Source of the DNA: Erysipelotrichaceae bacterium OH741_COT-311
GTDB taxonomy: Bacteria > Bacillota_I > Bacilli_A > Erysipelotrichales > Erysipelotrichaceae
Reading direction: 5' to 3'
Length of the DNA: 32,000 nt
Assembly (NCBI GenBank): GCA_003858585.1
Contig: RQZE01000011.1
Span: 1 to 32,000 of the forward strand
Shown here: positions 17,029-29,352 of the stretch, in pieces
Layout of the letters: every line of letters starts with the position of its first letter
Position numbering within the stretch: position 1 is the stretch's first letter
Notes under the pieces: generated by a model
Database searches by the model: none
Seen by the model: the letters and a program-made list of their open reading frames with translations, nothing else
Told to the model about the DNA's origin: nothing
Program-made: the position numbers and the translations under genes

Positions 17029-18130
17029 CATGTATACGATTTGCCTCAAAAAAAGCATGTTTACTCTTTCGGGGCCACTTTATTGTACGACGCAACAATC
17101 CAATCACTGGATGAAAGCGAGGATTAATCATACCGGTTAACTCAATAAAAATCCAAGCGATAAAACTAAATAACACCAGTAAGATAACACCATAAAATTC
17201 ATTGAAATAACTTACAATAGCCCCAATACCAAATACTATTGTAACAGCATATAAGACTAAGACGCTTCTTTTATGCCCAAGACCAATCTTAAACATTAAG
17301 ACATGATGAACATGCGACTTATCCGCATCACTAATTTTTTGACCATTGAGCTTACGACGTATAATCGCTAATACGGTATCTGATAGTGGTACAAACAAGA
17401 TGATAATGGGAAATCCTAAAGTAATAAACGTACTTGTTTTAAATCCTAAAAGAGATAAACAAGCAATCATAAACCCTAAAAACAAAGCACCGGAATCTCC
17501 GACAAAAATGGAAGCCGGATGAAAATTATAAGGCAGAAACCCAGCAATTGCTCCTGCCAGCATTAATGAAATTAACACTACATCACGACGCCCCATAAAA
17601 AAACCTAGTAAGCCAATAACACAAACAACAATTAAACTAATCCCACTGCTTAATCCATCTAATCCATCAATGAGATTAATCGCATTGGTTACACCTAAAA
17701 TCCAAATAAATGAAACGAGATACGATAAAGCTTGTAAATCAATCTTTAAAAATGGTAATGATATGGTTGTCAGTGTTACATTCCCTATGACAATGGCACA
17801 TAAAGCACCAATCGATTGAAAGATAACCTTCATCAACGGAGATAAATTAAACATATCATCCAATAAACCACAAAGGAAAATAATGATACCACCAATAAGG
17901 ATTCCATTGATGGTTTGATCGGCATTGATATACACTGCCATACTAATCAGAAACGCTAAAAAAATCGCCAAGCCACCAATTCGAACAATTTTACCTTGAT
18001 GAACAGTGCGATTATTTTCCATGGCATAAGCTTCTACACGATAGCCAATATATTTAGCAACCGGAACCAACAATAACGATAAGATAAATGGTAAGCTAAA
18101 AAACTTTAGGGCACCCATGACTAAATTCAT
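17018..18130 (-). CDS. Glycosyltransferase family 4 polyprenyl-phosphate sugar-1-phosphate transferase (MraY/WecA/TagO-like)
   Basis: Polytopic membrane protein with LLDDMFNL, NAINLIDGLDGL and VGDSGALFLGF motifs, characteristic of the MraY/WecA superfamily. Confidence 0.85.
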   Translation of the reverse strand: MNLVMGALKFFSLPFILSLLLVPVAKYIGYRVEAYAMENNRTVHQGKIVRIGGLAIFLAFLISMAVYINADQTINGILIGGIIIFLCGLLDDMFNLSPLMKVIFQSIGALCAIVIGNVTLTTISLPFLKIDLQALSYLVSFIWILGVTNAINLIDGLDGLSSGISLIVVCVIGLLGFFMGRRDVVLISLMLAGAIAGFLPYNFHPASIFVGDSGALFLGFMIACLSLLGFKTSTFITLGFPIIILFVPLSDTVLAIIRRKLNGQKISDADKSHVHHVLMFKIGLGHKRSVLVLYAVTIVFGIGAIVSYFNEFYGVILLVLFSFIAWIFIELTGMINPRFHPVIGLLRRTIKWPRKSKHAFFEANRIHDDA

Positions 18131-18146
18131 ACCATGATCCTCTTAT

Positions 18147-19136
18147 TTATTTCACTAAAGAGATATTTTCAAGCATGATACCGGTTCCTTCTGCTACACA
18201 ACTCAATGCATTTTCAGCAACATAAACCGGAATATTTAATTCATTGATTAACAATTGATCAAGACCCTTAAGTAAAGCTCCTCCCCCTGTTAATACAATC
18301 CCTCTTGAGAAAATATCTGCCGATAACTCCGGAGGTGTTTGTTCTAAAACAGCACGACAAGCACGCACAATATCTTGAAGAGAATCACGCATCGCAAGCT
18401 CTGTTTCTTCTGAATTTACTGTAATGGTATGTGGTAAACCTGTAACCAAGTCACGTCCACTTACTTCCATCGATAACTTCTCACTTAATTTCCATGCCGT
18501 ACCGATACGAGACTTAATCTCTTCCGCAGTACGTTCCCCAATTAATAATTTATAAGATTCTTTCACATACTTCACAATATCACGATCCAATTTATCACCT
18601 GCAACCTTTAAAGAGGCACTTGTTACAATTTCACCAAGTGATAAAATCGCTACATCGGTTGTACCACCGCCAATATCTAAAACCATTGATCCTGTAGGCT
18701 TAGAAATATCCAATCCGGCTCCAATAGCTGCAACCTTAGGTTCTTCTTCAATAAACACGCGCTTTGCTCCACAACGATACGCTGCATCACGAATCGCATT
18801 ACGCTCTACTGAAGTAATGTTACTAGGACAACAAATTAAAATCGTTGGACGAGATAAAATGCCCTTTAACTTTAACATACGAACAAAATGACTCAACATC
18901 ATTTCTGTTACTTCAAAATCTGCAATCACACCATCTTTTAAAGGACGAATCGCTAAAACACGCCCCGGTGTTCTTCCTAACATTTCTTTCGCTTCTTTAC
19001 CAACCGCCAATACTTTTTTAGAATGCGCATCTATTGATACAACAGAAGGCTCATTTAACACTATTCCTTCTCCACGAACATAAATTAATGTATTTGCAGT
19101 ACCTAAATCGATACCAACTTCTTTAGAAAACATCAT
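18147..19136 (-). CDS. mreB: Rod shape-determining actin homologue MreB/Mbl
   Basis: GIDLGTANT, DIGGGTTDVA and LTGGGALL phosphate/adenosine motifs; 329 aa. SD AAAGGAAG lies upstream. Confidence 0.93.
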   Translation of the reverse strand: MMFSKEVGIDLGTANTLIYVRGEGIVLNEPSVVSIDAHSKKVLAVGKEAKEMLGRTPGRVLAIRPLKDGVIADFEVTEMMLSHFVRMLKLKGILSRPTILICCPSNITSVERNAIRDAAYRCGAKRVFIEEEPKVAAIGAGLDISKPTGSMVLDIGGGTTDVAILSLGEIVTSASLKVAGDKLDRDIVKYVKESYKLLIGERTAEEIKSRIGTAWKLSEKLSMEVSGRDLVTGLPHTITVNSEETELAMRDSLQDIVRACRAVLEQTPPELSADIFSRGIVLTGGGALLKGLDQLLINELNIPVYVAENALSCVAEGTGIMLENISLVK

Positions 19137-19170
19137 ACTTACTACTTCCTTTCAAACAATCAGCAAAGTT

Positions 19171-19179
19171 ATTATAACA
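19171..19179 (-). promoter_or_regulatory. Candidate extended -10 element (TGTTATAAT) for mreB-GT4
   Basis: The minus strand reads GAATGTGTTATAATAAC about 35 nt upstream of the mreB ATG, just after the ywzB-like stop. Confidence 0.45.
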
Positions 19180-19182
19180 CAT

Positions 19183-19383
19183 TCAATTTATTTTATATAT
19201 GATATTTAAAAGGAAGTTACTTGCTAAATAACTCAGTGACATTGCCAATAAAATGACTAAAAGTTGTATTTTATAAGGATGAATTCCCTTTGTTATTTTA
19301 CGAAAATCTATAATACTTAATGCATACATACTAATCGTAAACATTGACATATACAACAAAAACTTAAATACATACTCTGCCAT
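19183..19383 (-). CDS. DUF1146 (YwzB-like) small membrane protein
   Basis: 66 aa with two hydrophobic helices. ALSIIDFRKITKGIHPYKIQLLVILLAMSLSYLASNFLLN resembles my recollection of B. subtilis YwzB, which also follows atpC. SD AAGAGGAG lies upstream. Confidence 0.7.
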   Translation of the reverse strand: MAEYVFKFLLYMSMFTISMYALSIIDFRKITKGIHPYKIQLLVILLAMSLSYLASNFLLNIIYKIN

Positions 19384-19397
19384 ACACTCCTCTTTCT

Positions 19398-19420
19398 AAC
19401 AAAAATAGATGCCTAAGCAT

Positions 19421-19424
<4 letters not shown>
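19398..19424 (-). terminator. Hairpin or terminator overlapping the atpC stop, directly upstream of the ywzB-like SD
   Basis: ATAGATGC-CTAA-GCATCTAT (8-bp stem) followed on the minus strand by TTTTGTTAG. The atpC TAG (19423-19421) lies in the stem. Confidence 0.65.
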
Positions 19425-22055
<2,631 letters not shown>

Positions 22056-22057
22056 AC

Positions 22058-23575
22058 TTAAGCTCCAATTAACTTAAACTCTTCCATAAAGGCAGCAATT
22101 GCCTCTTTAAACTCTTCAATTAAGATTTCATTAAAACTCTCTTGACTCTCTAATTGATTTAATAATCCTTGTTTATGATTATGGAAGTAACGATGCAATT
22201 GTTCTTCAAATAAACTAATCTTTTCAAGCGGAACTTCCTTTAAGAACCCATACTTCGCCGCAAATAAACTCAATACCTGATAAGGCATTGAAAGAGGCGT
22301 GTATTGATTTTGTTTCAATAACTCTGTTAATTTAGCTCCATGATCAATGGTAGCCTTTGTAATTGGGTCTAAATCACTCCCAAACTGTGTAAATGCTAAT
22401 AATTCACGATATTGGGCTAACTCTAATTTTAAAGAAGCCGCCACCATCTTCATTGCCTTACTTTGTGCCGCACTACCAACACGTGACACTGATAAACCGG
22501 AATCAACCGCAGGACGAATTCCTGCATTAAACAACTCACTTTGTAAGAAGATTTGCCCATCAGTAATTGAAATAACATTCGTTGGAATATATGCGGAAAT
22601 ATCACCTGCTTGTGTTTCAATGATTGGTAACGCTGTTAGCGAACCTCCACCATAAGCATCATTTAACTTAGCAGCACGCTCTAATAAACGAGAATGTAAG
22701 TAGAAGACATCCCCCGGATAAGCTTCACGTCCCGGTGGTCTTCTAAGTAACAATGACATGGTACGATAAGCCACTGCATGCTTACTTAAATCATCATAAA
22801 CAATCAAGACATCCTTGCCTTGAGACATCCAATACTCTCCAATTGTACACCCTGCATAAGGAGCAATGTATTGAAGCGGAGCCAATTCACTAGCAACACT
22901 TGCAACAATGGTCGTATATTCTAACGCCTGAAAACTACGTAACTTTTCAACAATATGAGCAACGGTACTTGCTTTTTGACCAATGGCAACATAGATACAG
23001 TGAACACCTTTCCCCTTTTGATTAATAATCGCATCAATCGCAATCGCTGTTTTCCCTGTTTGACGATCCCCAATGATTAACTCACGTTGCCCTTTACCAA
23101 TTGGAATCATAGAGTCAATAATCTTTAAACCTGTCATTAGCGGTTGATGAACACTCTTACGAGTCATAACCCCAGGAGCCACTTTTTCAATCGGCATCGC
23201 TAATTTTGTATTTAACGGACCTTTTCCATCAATCGGTTGTCCTAAGGCATTTACAACACGCCCTAACAGTTCATCTCCAACACCAACTTCAACAATACGC
23301 TTAGTACGCTTTACTTGATCACCCTCTTTAATTAAAGCATCGTTTCCAAGTAATACCGCTCCAACATGGTCTTGTTCCAAGTTTAAAATCATCCCATAGA
23401 CATCATTTGGAAATAAAATGAGTTCACTTGCCATAGCATGATCCAGCCCTTGTATTAAAGCAATCCCGTCTCCAACTTTAATAACCGTACCGACATCATT
23501 GGTTTCTAATTCATCTTGATAATTCTTTATTTGTTCTTTAATAAAAGCACTAATTTCAATTGGTCTATGCTCCAT
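22058..23575 (-). CDS. atpA: F1 ATP synthase subunit alpha
   Basis: Walker A GDRQTGKT, then [27 protein letters not shown]. The ATG at 23575 (SD GGGTG 5 nt upstream) gives an N-terminus the same length as the Bacillus AtpA N-terminus I recall. It forms a TAATG overlap with the atpH stop. Confidence 0.95.
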   Translation of the reverse strand: MEHRPIEISAFIKEQIKNYQDELETNDVGTVIKVGDGIALIQGLDHAMASELILFPNDVYGMILNLEQDHVGAVLLGNDALIKEGDQVKRTKRIVEVGVGDELLGRVVNALGQPIDGKGPLNTKLAMPIEKVAPGVMTRKSVHQPLMTGLKIIDSMIPIGKGQRELIIGDRQTGKTAIAIDAIINQKGKGVHCIYVAIGQKASTVAHIVEKLRSFQALEYTTIVASVASELAPLQYIAPYAGCTIGEYWMSQGKDVLIVYDDLSKHAVAYRTMSLLLRRPPGREAYPGDVFYLHSRLLERAAKLNDAYGGGSLTALPIIETQAGDISAYIPTNVISITDGQIFLQSELFNAGIRPAVDSGLSVSRVGSAAQSKAMKMVAASLKLELAQYRELLAFTQFGSDLDPITKATIDHGAKLTELLKQNQYTPLSMPYQVLSLFAAKYGFLKEVPLEKISLFEEQLHRYFHNHKQGLLNQLESQESFNEILIEEFKEAIAAFMEEFKLIGA

Positions 23576-24114
23576 TATTTCACCCATCTTTCATTAAGAA
23601 GTTTTACCTTCAAGTTATCAATGGTTTTACGCATCGAAGCATCATATACAACATAATCCAACTCTACTTTAATCCCACTGATTAACTTCTTATCCACCAC
23701 ATTTTCAAGCTCTACTTTATGATGATATTTTAATGCCAATGCTTCTTCAATTTCTTTTATTTGATGCTCATCCAACGCAAAGGCAGAATATACAATCCCT
23801 TCTTTAATCTTATAATGTTGATTTGCTAATGTATTGAATGCCTTTAATATCTCATTCACCATTTCAAAACGCTTATAATCAAGCAACACATACATAAAAT
23901 TCAATAAATACGGATGCACATGTGTATCAAATGCCTTCCTTAACACTTCTTTTTTATCTTTCAAATCAATCCTATGACACTTGAAAAAACGATCCATAGA
24001 AGCATCCAGCGAATGACGAATCGTCTTTGCATCACGATAAAAAATATCAAGCTGCTCAAGTTCCATTCCTAACTGAAACAAAGCCTCAGCATACGCCTTA
24101 ACTACCTGCTTCAT
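23575..24114 (-). CDS. atpH: F1 ATP synthase subunit delta (OSCP)
   Basis: 179 aa. Its position between atpF and atpA and the N-terminal YAEALFQL fit the call. Confidence 0.85.
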   Translation of the reverse strand: MKQVVKAYAEALFQLGMELEQLDIFYRDAKTIRHSLDASMDRFFKCHRIDLKDKKEVLRKAFDTHVHPYLLNFMYVLLDYKRFEMVNEILKAFNTLANQHYKIKEGIVYSAFALDEHQIKEIEEALALKYHHKVELENVVDKKLISGIKVELDYVVYDASMRKTIDNLKVKLLNERWVK

Positions 24115-24616
24115 GTTGAATATCCCTTATAAATTGTTGAATTGCTTCTTGATCTTTTTCTTCATCAATTTTTTCTTTTAACAACTTCTCTGTTGCATAC
24201 ATCGCAACTTGAACAATTTCATCCGCAATCTCTTGTTTCATAGAAGCCTTTTCCATTTCCATCTCTTGGTAAGCACGCTTTTTCATATCCATGCTTTCTA
24301 CTTTCGCTTGATTTAAAATCTCCTCTTTCATCACACTTGCTTCTTTATTAGCTGAAGCAATAATCGTCTGTGATTGATGATAAGCATCGCTTACCTTTTC
24401 ATTGGCTTGTTTTAACAACTGATGAGCAGCAATCTTATCCTCTTTCGCTTGTTCTAAATCCCTTTGCATCGCATCCATACGCTTAGCCATAAACTCTTTT
24501 GCCGGTTTCCACAAATACTTAAACAAAAAGTACAACAAAATACTAGTTGAAATTAACTGTATAACTATCGTAAGTGGATTTGGAAACAATTGCTCAGCAA
24601 CATTAATATCTAACAT
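24098..24616 (-). CDS. atpF: Fo ATP synthase subunit b
   Basis: 172 aa, with one N-terminal TM helix and then a long charged helix. Operon position supports the call. Confidence 0.85.
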   Translation of the reverse strand: MLDINVAEQLFPNPLTIVIQLISTSILLYFLFKYLWKPAKEFMAKRMDAMQRDLEQAKEDKIAAHQLLKQANEKVSDAYHQSQTIIASANKEASVMKEEILNQAKVESMDMKKRAYQEMEMEKASMKQEIADEIVQVAMYATEKLLKEKIDEEKDQEAIQQFIRDIQHEAGS

Positions 24617-24641
24617 CCCTTACCTCCTTTCAACCTGTACT

Positions 24642-24872
24642 TTAAAACGCAAAAATTAATAAGAAGGCAATCAACATCCCATAGATCGCACATGTTTCTG
24701 CAAGTGCACAACCTAAAATTAACATGGAACGAATCTTGTTTTCCGCATCCGGATTTTTACCAACGGCTTCTACTGCCTTACTTGCAGCTAACCCTTGCCC
24801 AAGACCTGTCATCATACCAGTCATAATAGCTAAACCAGCCCCAATTGCAATTAAACCTTTTGCGATATCCAT
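24642..24872 (-). CDS. atpE: Fo ATP synthase subunit c
   Basis: 76-aa helical hairpin with a GxGxGxG helix 1, a polar loop (KNPDAENK) and the carboxylate Glu in ALAETCAIYG of helix 2. Confidence 0.95.
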   Translation of the reverse strand: MDIAKGLIAIGAGLAIMTGMMTGLGQGLAASKAVEAVGKNPDAENKIRSMLILGCALAETCAIYGMLIAFLLIFAF

Positions 24873-24896
24873 CTTTTATTCCTCCTTGAAATCGAC

Positions 24897-25592
24897 TTAT
24901 TCATTTGGTAATTCATTTGATATAAATACCATTGTTAATGTAATAAAAATAATTGTTTGTATAAACCCTGAAAATAAATCAAAATAACCATGTAAGACAG
25001 GTGTAATCAATGGACCGATAAAGTTAAACATCTCCAGATGAAAAACACCCAATAGTAACGAAGAGATATAACTTGTAAAGCTATACACCAACGTCAAGAT
25101 AATCGTACCACTTAAAATATTTCCAAATAAACGCAATGACATTGAAATTAAGGGAGCCAAACGTCCAAAGATATTTGGAATCAACAAGAAAGCAAACGGC
25201 TCAATAAAACCATGCAGATAACTCTTAAGCCCATTTTCCTTAATCGATACCACTTGAACCATAATCCATGTAATAAACGCCAGCGTTAATGTGACACTAT
25301 AATTCGCTGTTGGTGCATGAAACCCAAATAAACCGGAAATGTTACTCACCAACAAATAAGCAGCTAAGCTTGCCACATACGGCCCTAATCGTTTCGCATA
25401 CTTTTTATTGATAATGGTCTCCACATTGCTTTCCATTTTACTAACAAAACTAACACCTAAAAAAACAATCCCCTTAGGCTTTTCCAAAGGATTACTCTTT
25501 TTAATTTGATTACCAACTATGACACATAGAATACATAATATACCGGTAATCAATACAATCGACACTACTTCTTTTTGTAACGTTAACGTCAT
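24897..25592 (-). CDS. atpB: Fo ATP synthase subunit a
   Basis: Polytopic protein of 231 aa with the conserved Arg in LSMSLRLFGNILSG. Confidence 0.92.
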   Translation of the reverse strand: MTLTLQKEVVSIVLITGILCILCVIVGNQIKKSNPLEKPKGIVFLGVSFVSKMESNVETIINKKYAKRLGPYVASLAAYLLVSNISGLFGFHAPTANYSVTLTLAFITWIMVQVVSIKENGLKSYLHGFIEPFAFLLIPNIFGRLAPLISMSLRLFGNILSGTIILTLVYSFTSYISSLLLGVFHLEMFNFIGPLITPVLHGYFDLFSGFIQTIIFITLTMVFISNELPNE

Positions 25593-25933
25593 GATTTACT
25601 CCTTATACCATCGATATAAAAGAATAGTTTATTTAACATTAAGCCAATAAAACATCCTATATAATTAAAATACTGTGGAAAGAGGGTTGCAAAGATAAAA
25701 GGAACGATTAATATCCATACATTGATAATAAAACGCAAATAAGAATGCTTACGCTGTTTTAATATGACATCAACATCCTTCTCCAATTTATATAAATGCA
25801 CACCGGCAAACACTAAACCCAATAAAATAGAAGTACTATAGCGGACATCCTTAAACAACAATCCTATACTTAAAAGACCACCAATCAGATACGCCTTCTT
25901 TAAAGACCTAGAAAATACACTCTTCATTTCCAC
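25589..25933 (-). CDS. atpI: ATP synthase protein I (AtpI)
   Basis: 114-aa hydrophobic protein directly upstream of atpB with a 4-nt overlap. Confidence 0.6.
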   Translation of the reverse strand: MEMKSVFSRSLKKAYLIGGLLSIGLLFKDVRYSTSILLGLVFAGVHLYKLEKDVDVILKQRKHSYLRFIINVWILIVPFIFATLFPQYFNYIGCFIGLMLNKLFFYIDGIRSKS

Positions 25934-26106
25934 ACCATCTTAAATAAATACAACAAAGCACTAAGAAAACCCATAAAAATACCAATGATTAAGCATATGG
26001 GCTTTACTTGAAACACTTGATCTAGATATAAACCCAAATAGGTACCCAGACCAATACAGGCAACCATACTAAAACCTAAGTTAACTGCCTTAGCAAATTG
26101 TTTCAT
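25924..26106 (-). CDS. AtpZ/AtpR-type small membrane protein of the atp operon
   Basis: 60 aa with two TM helices separated by GLYLDQVFQVKP, a pattern typical of the AtpZ family. It overlaps both atpI and the upp stop. Confidence 0.6.
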   Translation of the reverse strand: MKQFAKAVNLGFSMVACIGLGTYLGLYLDQVFQVKPICLIIGIFMGFLSALLYLFKMVWK

Positions 26107-26726
26107 TATTTTGTTCCAAAAATACGATCTCCGGCATCCCCTAAACCTGGAACAATATAGCCTTTTTCATTTAGGTGACTGTCTAACGCTGCAATATAAA
26201 TATCAACATCCGGATGAGCTTCTTCTACCACTTTTACCCCTTCAGGAGCTGCAACTAAACATACCAGTTTAATATTAGTCGCACCTTTTTTCTTTATGAT
26301 GTCAATCGCCGCCACCGCACTTCCCCCGGTAGCAAGCATTGGATCTAACACTAGATTTACAGCCTTATCTAAATTGCTTGGAAACTTTGCAAAATATTCA
26401 TGTGGTTCCAATGTTTCTTCATTACGATATAGACCTACAAAACCAACCTTCGCAGTTGGGATTAAATCATTAATACCATTCACCAAACCTAATCCTGCAC
26501 GTAAAATAGGGATTAAAACAATTTCATTTGATAACTCAAATGTTTTACAAGCTGCCACAGGCGTTTCAACAGTAACGGGTTTTACAGGTAAATCACGACA
26601 AACTTCATACGCCATCAATCCAGCAATCTCATCCAGATTCTGTTTAAAGTCTTTCGTTCCTGTTTCCTTACGACGCATTTGTGTTAATTTATGAGTAATT
26701 AACGGATGATTCAGTACATGTAACAT
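26106..26726 (-). CDS. upp: Uracil phosphoribosyltransferase
   Basis: [28 protein letters not shown] (PRPP loop) and [17 protein letters not shown]. The ORF-track start at 26738 is a GTG that lies inside the SD. The ATG at 26726 follows AAAGGTGG by 8 nt. Confidence 0.95.
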   Translation of the reverse strand: MLHVLNHPLITHKLTQMRRKETGTKDFKQNLDEIAGLMAYEVCRDLPVKPVTVETPVAACKTFELSNEIVLIPILRAGLGLVNGINDLIPTAKVGFVGLYRNEETLEPHEYFAKFPSNLDKAVNLVLDPMLATGGSAVAAIDIIKKKGATNIKLVCLVAAPEGVKVVEEAHPDVDIYIAALDSHLNEKGYIVPGLGDAGDRIFGTK

Positions 26727-26751
26727 TTTATTTACCACCTTTCATTTAAAT

Positions 26752-26779
26752 ATTATAACAAAACTACCTGTAGTTTCAA
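26752..26779 (-). promoter_or_regulatory. Sigma-A type promoter for upp-atp operon
   Basis: The minus strand reads TTGAAA-16 nt-TATAAT with a TG extension (TGTTATAAT), about 25 nt upstream of the upp start. Confidence 0.6.
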
Positions 26780-26802
26780 AGAAAAAAAGAAGCCATGACT
26801 TC

Positions 26803-27456
26803 CTATTTCACGACCTCTTCTATCTTCTTCCAAGTATTTGTCACATCATCATAAACACGTCCATCTCGGTATTTCATCATACCCTCTTTTCCACTTACAA
26901 TGCTGTAGTATTGATCAATTTTATTGTTATTAAAGTAGATTAAATACGTTTCCCCTACTTCAATCTTATGATCATTTGGTAAATATTCCTGCACATAGTT
27001 CTTTTGAGAATCAAAGGTTTCATTTAACTCTTTCTTATAATTACTCATACTACCCTTAATATATTCTTCCATGGTAATAATCGCTCCATCTTTTGCATAA
27101 GGAATACGCTGATTCACTTCAAAAGAACCCTTAAGCGGCTCAATCACCTTAATGATTCCATAGGTATAGGGAAATACATAACGCTTATTGGCATAATCAT
27201 AGTTCGACCCTCCATCAATCGATAAGATTTTACCAATGATGATATGCTCACTATCTTGTTGTGCATCTTTTAAAGAAACACTATATACAAATCCATGCTC
27301 TTCTTGACGATATTCAACATTGGTTACTTCACTTTCATCAATTGCAATGTATGCATCATAAACTAAATCCGCTGTTTCTACTTCTTGTACTGCACCGGAC
27401 GGATTACAACCAACAACAAAGAACATAGATAGAACAATCACTATGTAATATTTCAT
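26803..27456 (-). CDS. Putative lipoprotein, family not recognised
   Basis: Signal peptide with lipobox MKYYIVIVLSMFFVVGC. GAGG lies 5 nt upstream of the ATG at 27456; the ORF-track start at 27462 is a GTG within the SD. The gene is flanked by its own putative promoter and a T-run. Confidence 0.6.
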   Translation of the reverse strand: MKYYIVIVLSMFFVVGCNPSGAVQEVETADLVYDAYIAIDESEVTNVEYRQEEHGFVYSVSLKDAQQDSEHIIIGKILSIDGGSNYDYANKRYVFPYTYGIIKVIEPLKGSFEVNQRIPYAKDGAIITMEEYIKGSMSNYKKELNETFDSQKNYVQEYLPNDHKIEVGETYLIYFNNNKIDQYYSIVSGKEGMMKYRDGRVYDDVTNTWKKIEEVVK

Positions 27457-27540
27457 ATACACCTCAGATATTTATACTTAAATTTTATCACTTTATATCG
27501 TATTTTAAATAAAAATGACTAAATTGTTAGCAAAGAATGT

Positions 27541-27570
27541 AAAAAGCGAAAGACCATGCTTTCGCCTTTT
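27541..27570 (-). terminator. Rho-independent terminator after the CBS-pyrophosphatase gene
   Basis: GCGAAAG-ACCATG-CTTTCGC stem-loop flanked by AAAAA and CTTTT. The minus strand reads the stem followed by TTTTT. Confidence 0.75.
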
Positions 27571-27596
27571 ACGCAAGAGGACAGAAGGGAGTATGC

Positions 27597-29213
27597 CTAT
27601 TTGCTTAACAATTCTACAATAACAGGTAATACCTGTTTTTTTCTTGAAATCAATGTGTGTGCGAATTCATCTTCCATAAATTCTTTAAAACCTTCATCAA
27701 TAACCCATGCTTTTTTACCGGTATATAAGAAATAAGAACCGCTTCCCATCGGATCGGTAAACATGATTAAGATTAAATCATAATGATTCGTTTTCACCGT
27801 ATCTTCTAAATACGCTTTAAAACTCTCTTTAATCGCATCATATTCTTCTTTACTTTTACATTGTGATTGACCAATCGCAATCTTATATTCACTGATACGA
27901 AACTCTTTAAAATCATCATAAAGTAATTGTAACGGTGTTTTATTTACAATCGAATCGGAATTATAAATCATCTGTTGACTGATTTCATCCATCGATTCAC
28001 CAACAATACCCTCTAACATTTTCCCCATCTTACGATCGGTATCTGTTGTTGTAGGAGACTTTAAATTTAAGGTATCACTAATAATCGCACAAAGCATTAA
28101 TCCGGCAATTCCATAAGGAATCGGGATGTTATACAATAAATACAACTCTGCAATGATAGAACAAGTACAACCAACAATCTTACTTGTAATATTAATCGGA
28201 TTGCTTGTTTCAATGCCACCTAAACGATGATGGTCGACAATTTCAATCACTTCACCAAACTCTAAATCATTTACACTTTGTGATGCTTCATTATGATCGA
28301 CTAAGATAAAACGTTTCTTTTCATAATTAAATAAATGATAACGACTAATTGCTCCAACAACACGATGCTCATCATCCACAACAGGATATGTACGATAACG
28401 TGTCTTAGCCATTTTATGACTAACTGCCTCTGTTGTTTCATTGATATTAAAACGAATAACATCATGAGTCATGATGTGTTCAATCGAAGGCGATTGGTAA
28501 ATCAATTGTGAACAATTTAAAGCACTAAGTGGTGTATGTAAAATACATACATTATTTTCTTTTGCTTTCTCCAGCGTTACATTATCTACCCAATTTTCAC
28601 CACAAATGATAATCATCGATGCCTTTGCATCAATCACAAAACGTTGTACTTCAATATTATTTCCAACAATCACAATTCCCTTTGGAAGCATCTTCAAGTT
28701 ATTCGCTAAGGAAGGCATTAAATACACTTGTCCACTACAAGTAAACTCCACCGCTTCATTTAAAACAGTCGCATTTAATGTTTTAACAATGTTTGCTAAT
28801 GTTACTTTACTCATTAACGCAACTAATTCTTGTTCATTGGCAGTTAAAATACTGGTTAAATTAGAAACCGATACAATCCCATCTAACTTACCCTCATCAT
28901 TTACCACAAAAATACCTTTATTTTTACGCTGTAAAATAAAATCTAATGCTTCTTTCATTGTTAAGGATTTATCTACAATAAAGCCTTCATCAATTTCAAT
29001 TTCTTTTAGTGTACACTTAGCCGTATTGATTAACTCCGGTTCCTGAAATCCAAATTTATCCAATACAAATCTTGTTTCACTATTAATCCCAGATAAACGA
29101 CCAGCTACTGCATGAATCTGTAGTTGTTGTTTTAAATATGCATAGCTAATTGCACTACAAATAGAATCGCAATCGGCATTTTTATGCCCTATAACATAAA
29201 TTGGTTTTTTCAT
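27597..29213 (-). CDS. CBS-domain-containing family II (DHH/DHHA2) inorganic pyrophosphatase
   Basis: The N-terminus YVIGHKNADCDSICSAISYAYL carries DHH motif I. An insert of about 250 aa has CBS-pair and DRTGG-like segments, followed by VDHHRLGG. The C-terminal DHHA2 domain ends in SRKKQVLP. Confidence 0.85.
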   Translation of the reverse strand: MKKPIYVIGHKNADCDSICSAISYAYLKQQLQIHAVAGRLSGINSETRFVLDKFGFQEPELINTAKCTLKEIEIDEGFIVDKSLTMKEALDFILQRKNKGIFVVNDEGKLDGIVSVSNLTSILTANEQELVALMSKVTLANIVKTLNATVLNEAVEFTCSGQVYLMPSLANNLKMLPKGIVIVGNNIEVQRFVIDAKASMIIICGENWVDNVTLEKAKENNVCILHTPLSALNCSQLIYQSPSIEHIMTHDVIRFNINETTEAVSHKMAKTRYRTYPVVDDEHRVVGAISRYHLFNYEKKRFILVDHNEASQSVNDLEFGEVIEIVDHHRLGGIETSNPINITSKIVGCTCSIIAELYLLYNIPIPYGIAGLMLCAIISDTLNLKSPTTTDTDRKMGKMLEGIVGESMDEISQQMIYNSDSIVNKTPLQLLYDDFKEFRISEYKIAIGQSQCKSKEEYDAIKESFKAYLEDTVKTNHYDLILIMFTDPMGSGSYFLYTGKKAWVIDEGFKEFMEDEFAHTLISRKKQVLPVIVELLSK

Positions 29214-29231
29214 AGCTACACCTCTAATTCC

Positions 29232-29260
29232 ATAATAAAAGATATTTCTTTTAACTTCAA
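29232..29260 (-). promoter_or_regulatory. Candidate sigma-A promoter for the pyrophosphatase gene
   Basis: The minus strand reads TTGAAG-17 nt-TATTAT, followed by SD GAGGTG and the ATG at 29213. Confidence 0.45.
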
Positions 29261-29321
29261 TTTACTTCTTAAAGTTGAATTAAAAGTACAATGAAAAAGG
29301 AATCAATTGTCCATAAAAGTT

Positions 29322-29347
29322 AAAAAAACTAAAGTTTTCACTTTAGT
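29322..29347 (-). terminator. Rho-independent terminator after glyA
   Basis: ACTAAAG-TTTTCA-CTTTAGT stem-loop. On the minus strand it is followed by TTTTTTTA, and it begins 6 nt after the glyA stop. Confidence 0.7.
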
Positions 29348-29352
29348 CTTCT

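Noticed and set aside
29214-29352. Possible riboswitch or T-box leader in the 139-nt gap between glyA and the pyrophosphatase gene
   Set aside because: The gap is fully accounted for by the glyA terminator (29322-29347), a TTGAAG-17-TATTAT promoter (29232-29260) and an SD. The predicted leader of about 15 nt is far too short for a riboswitch.
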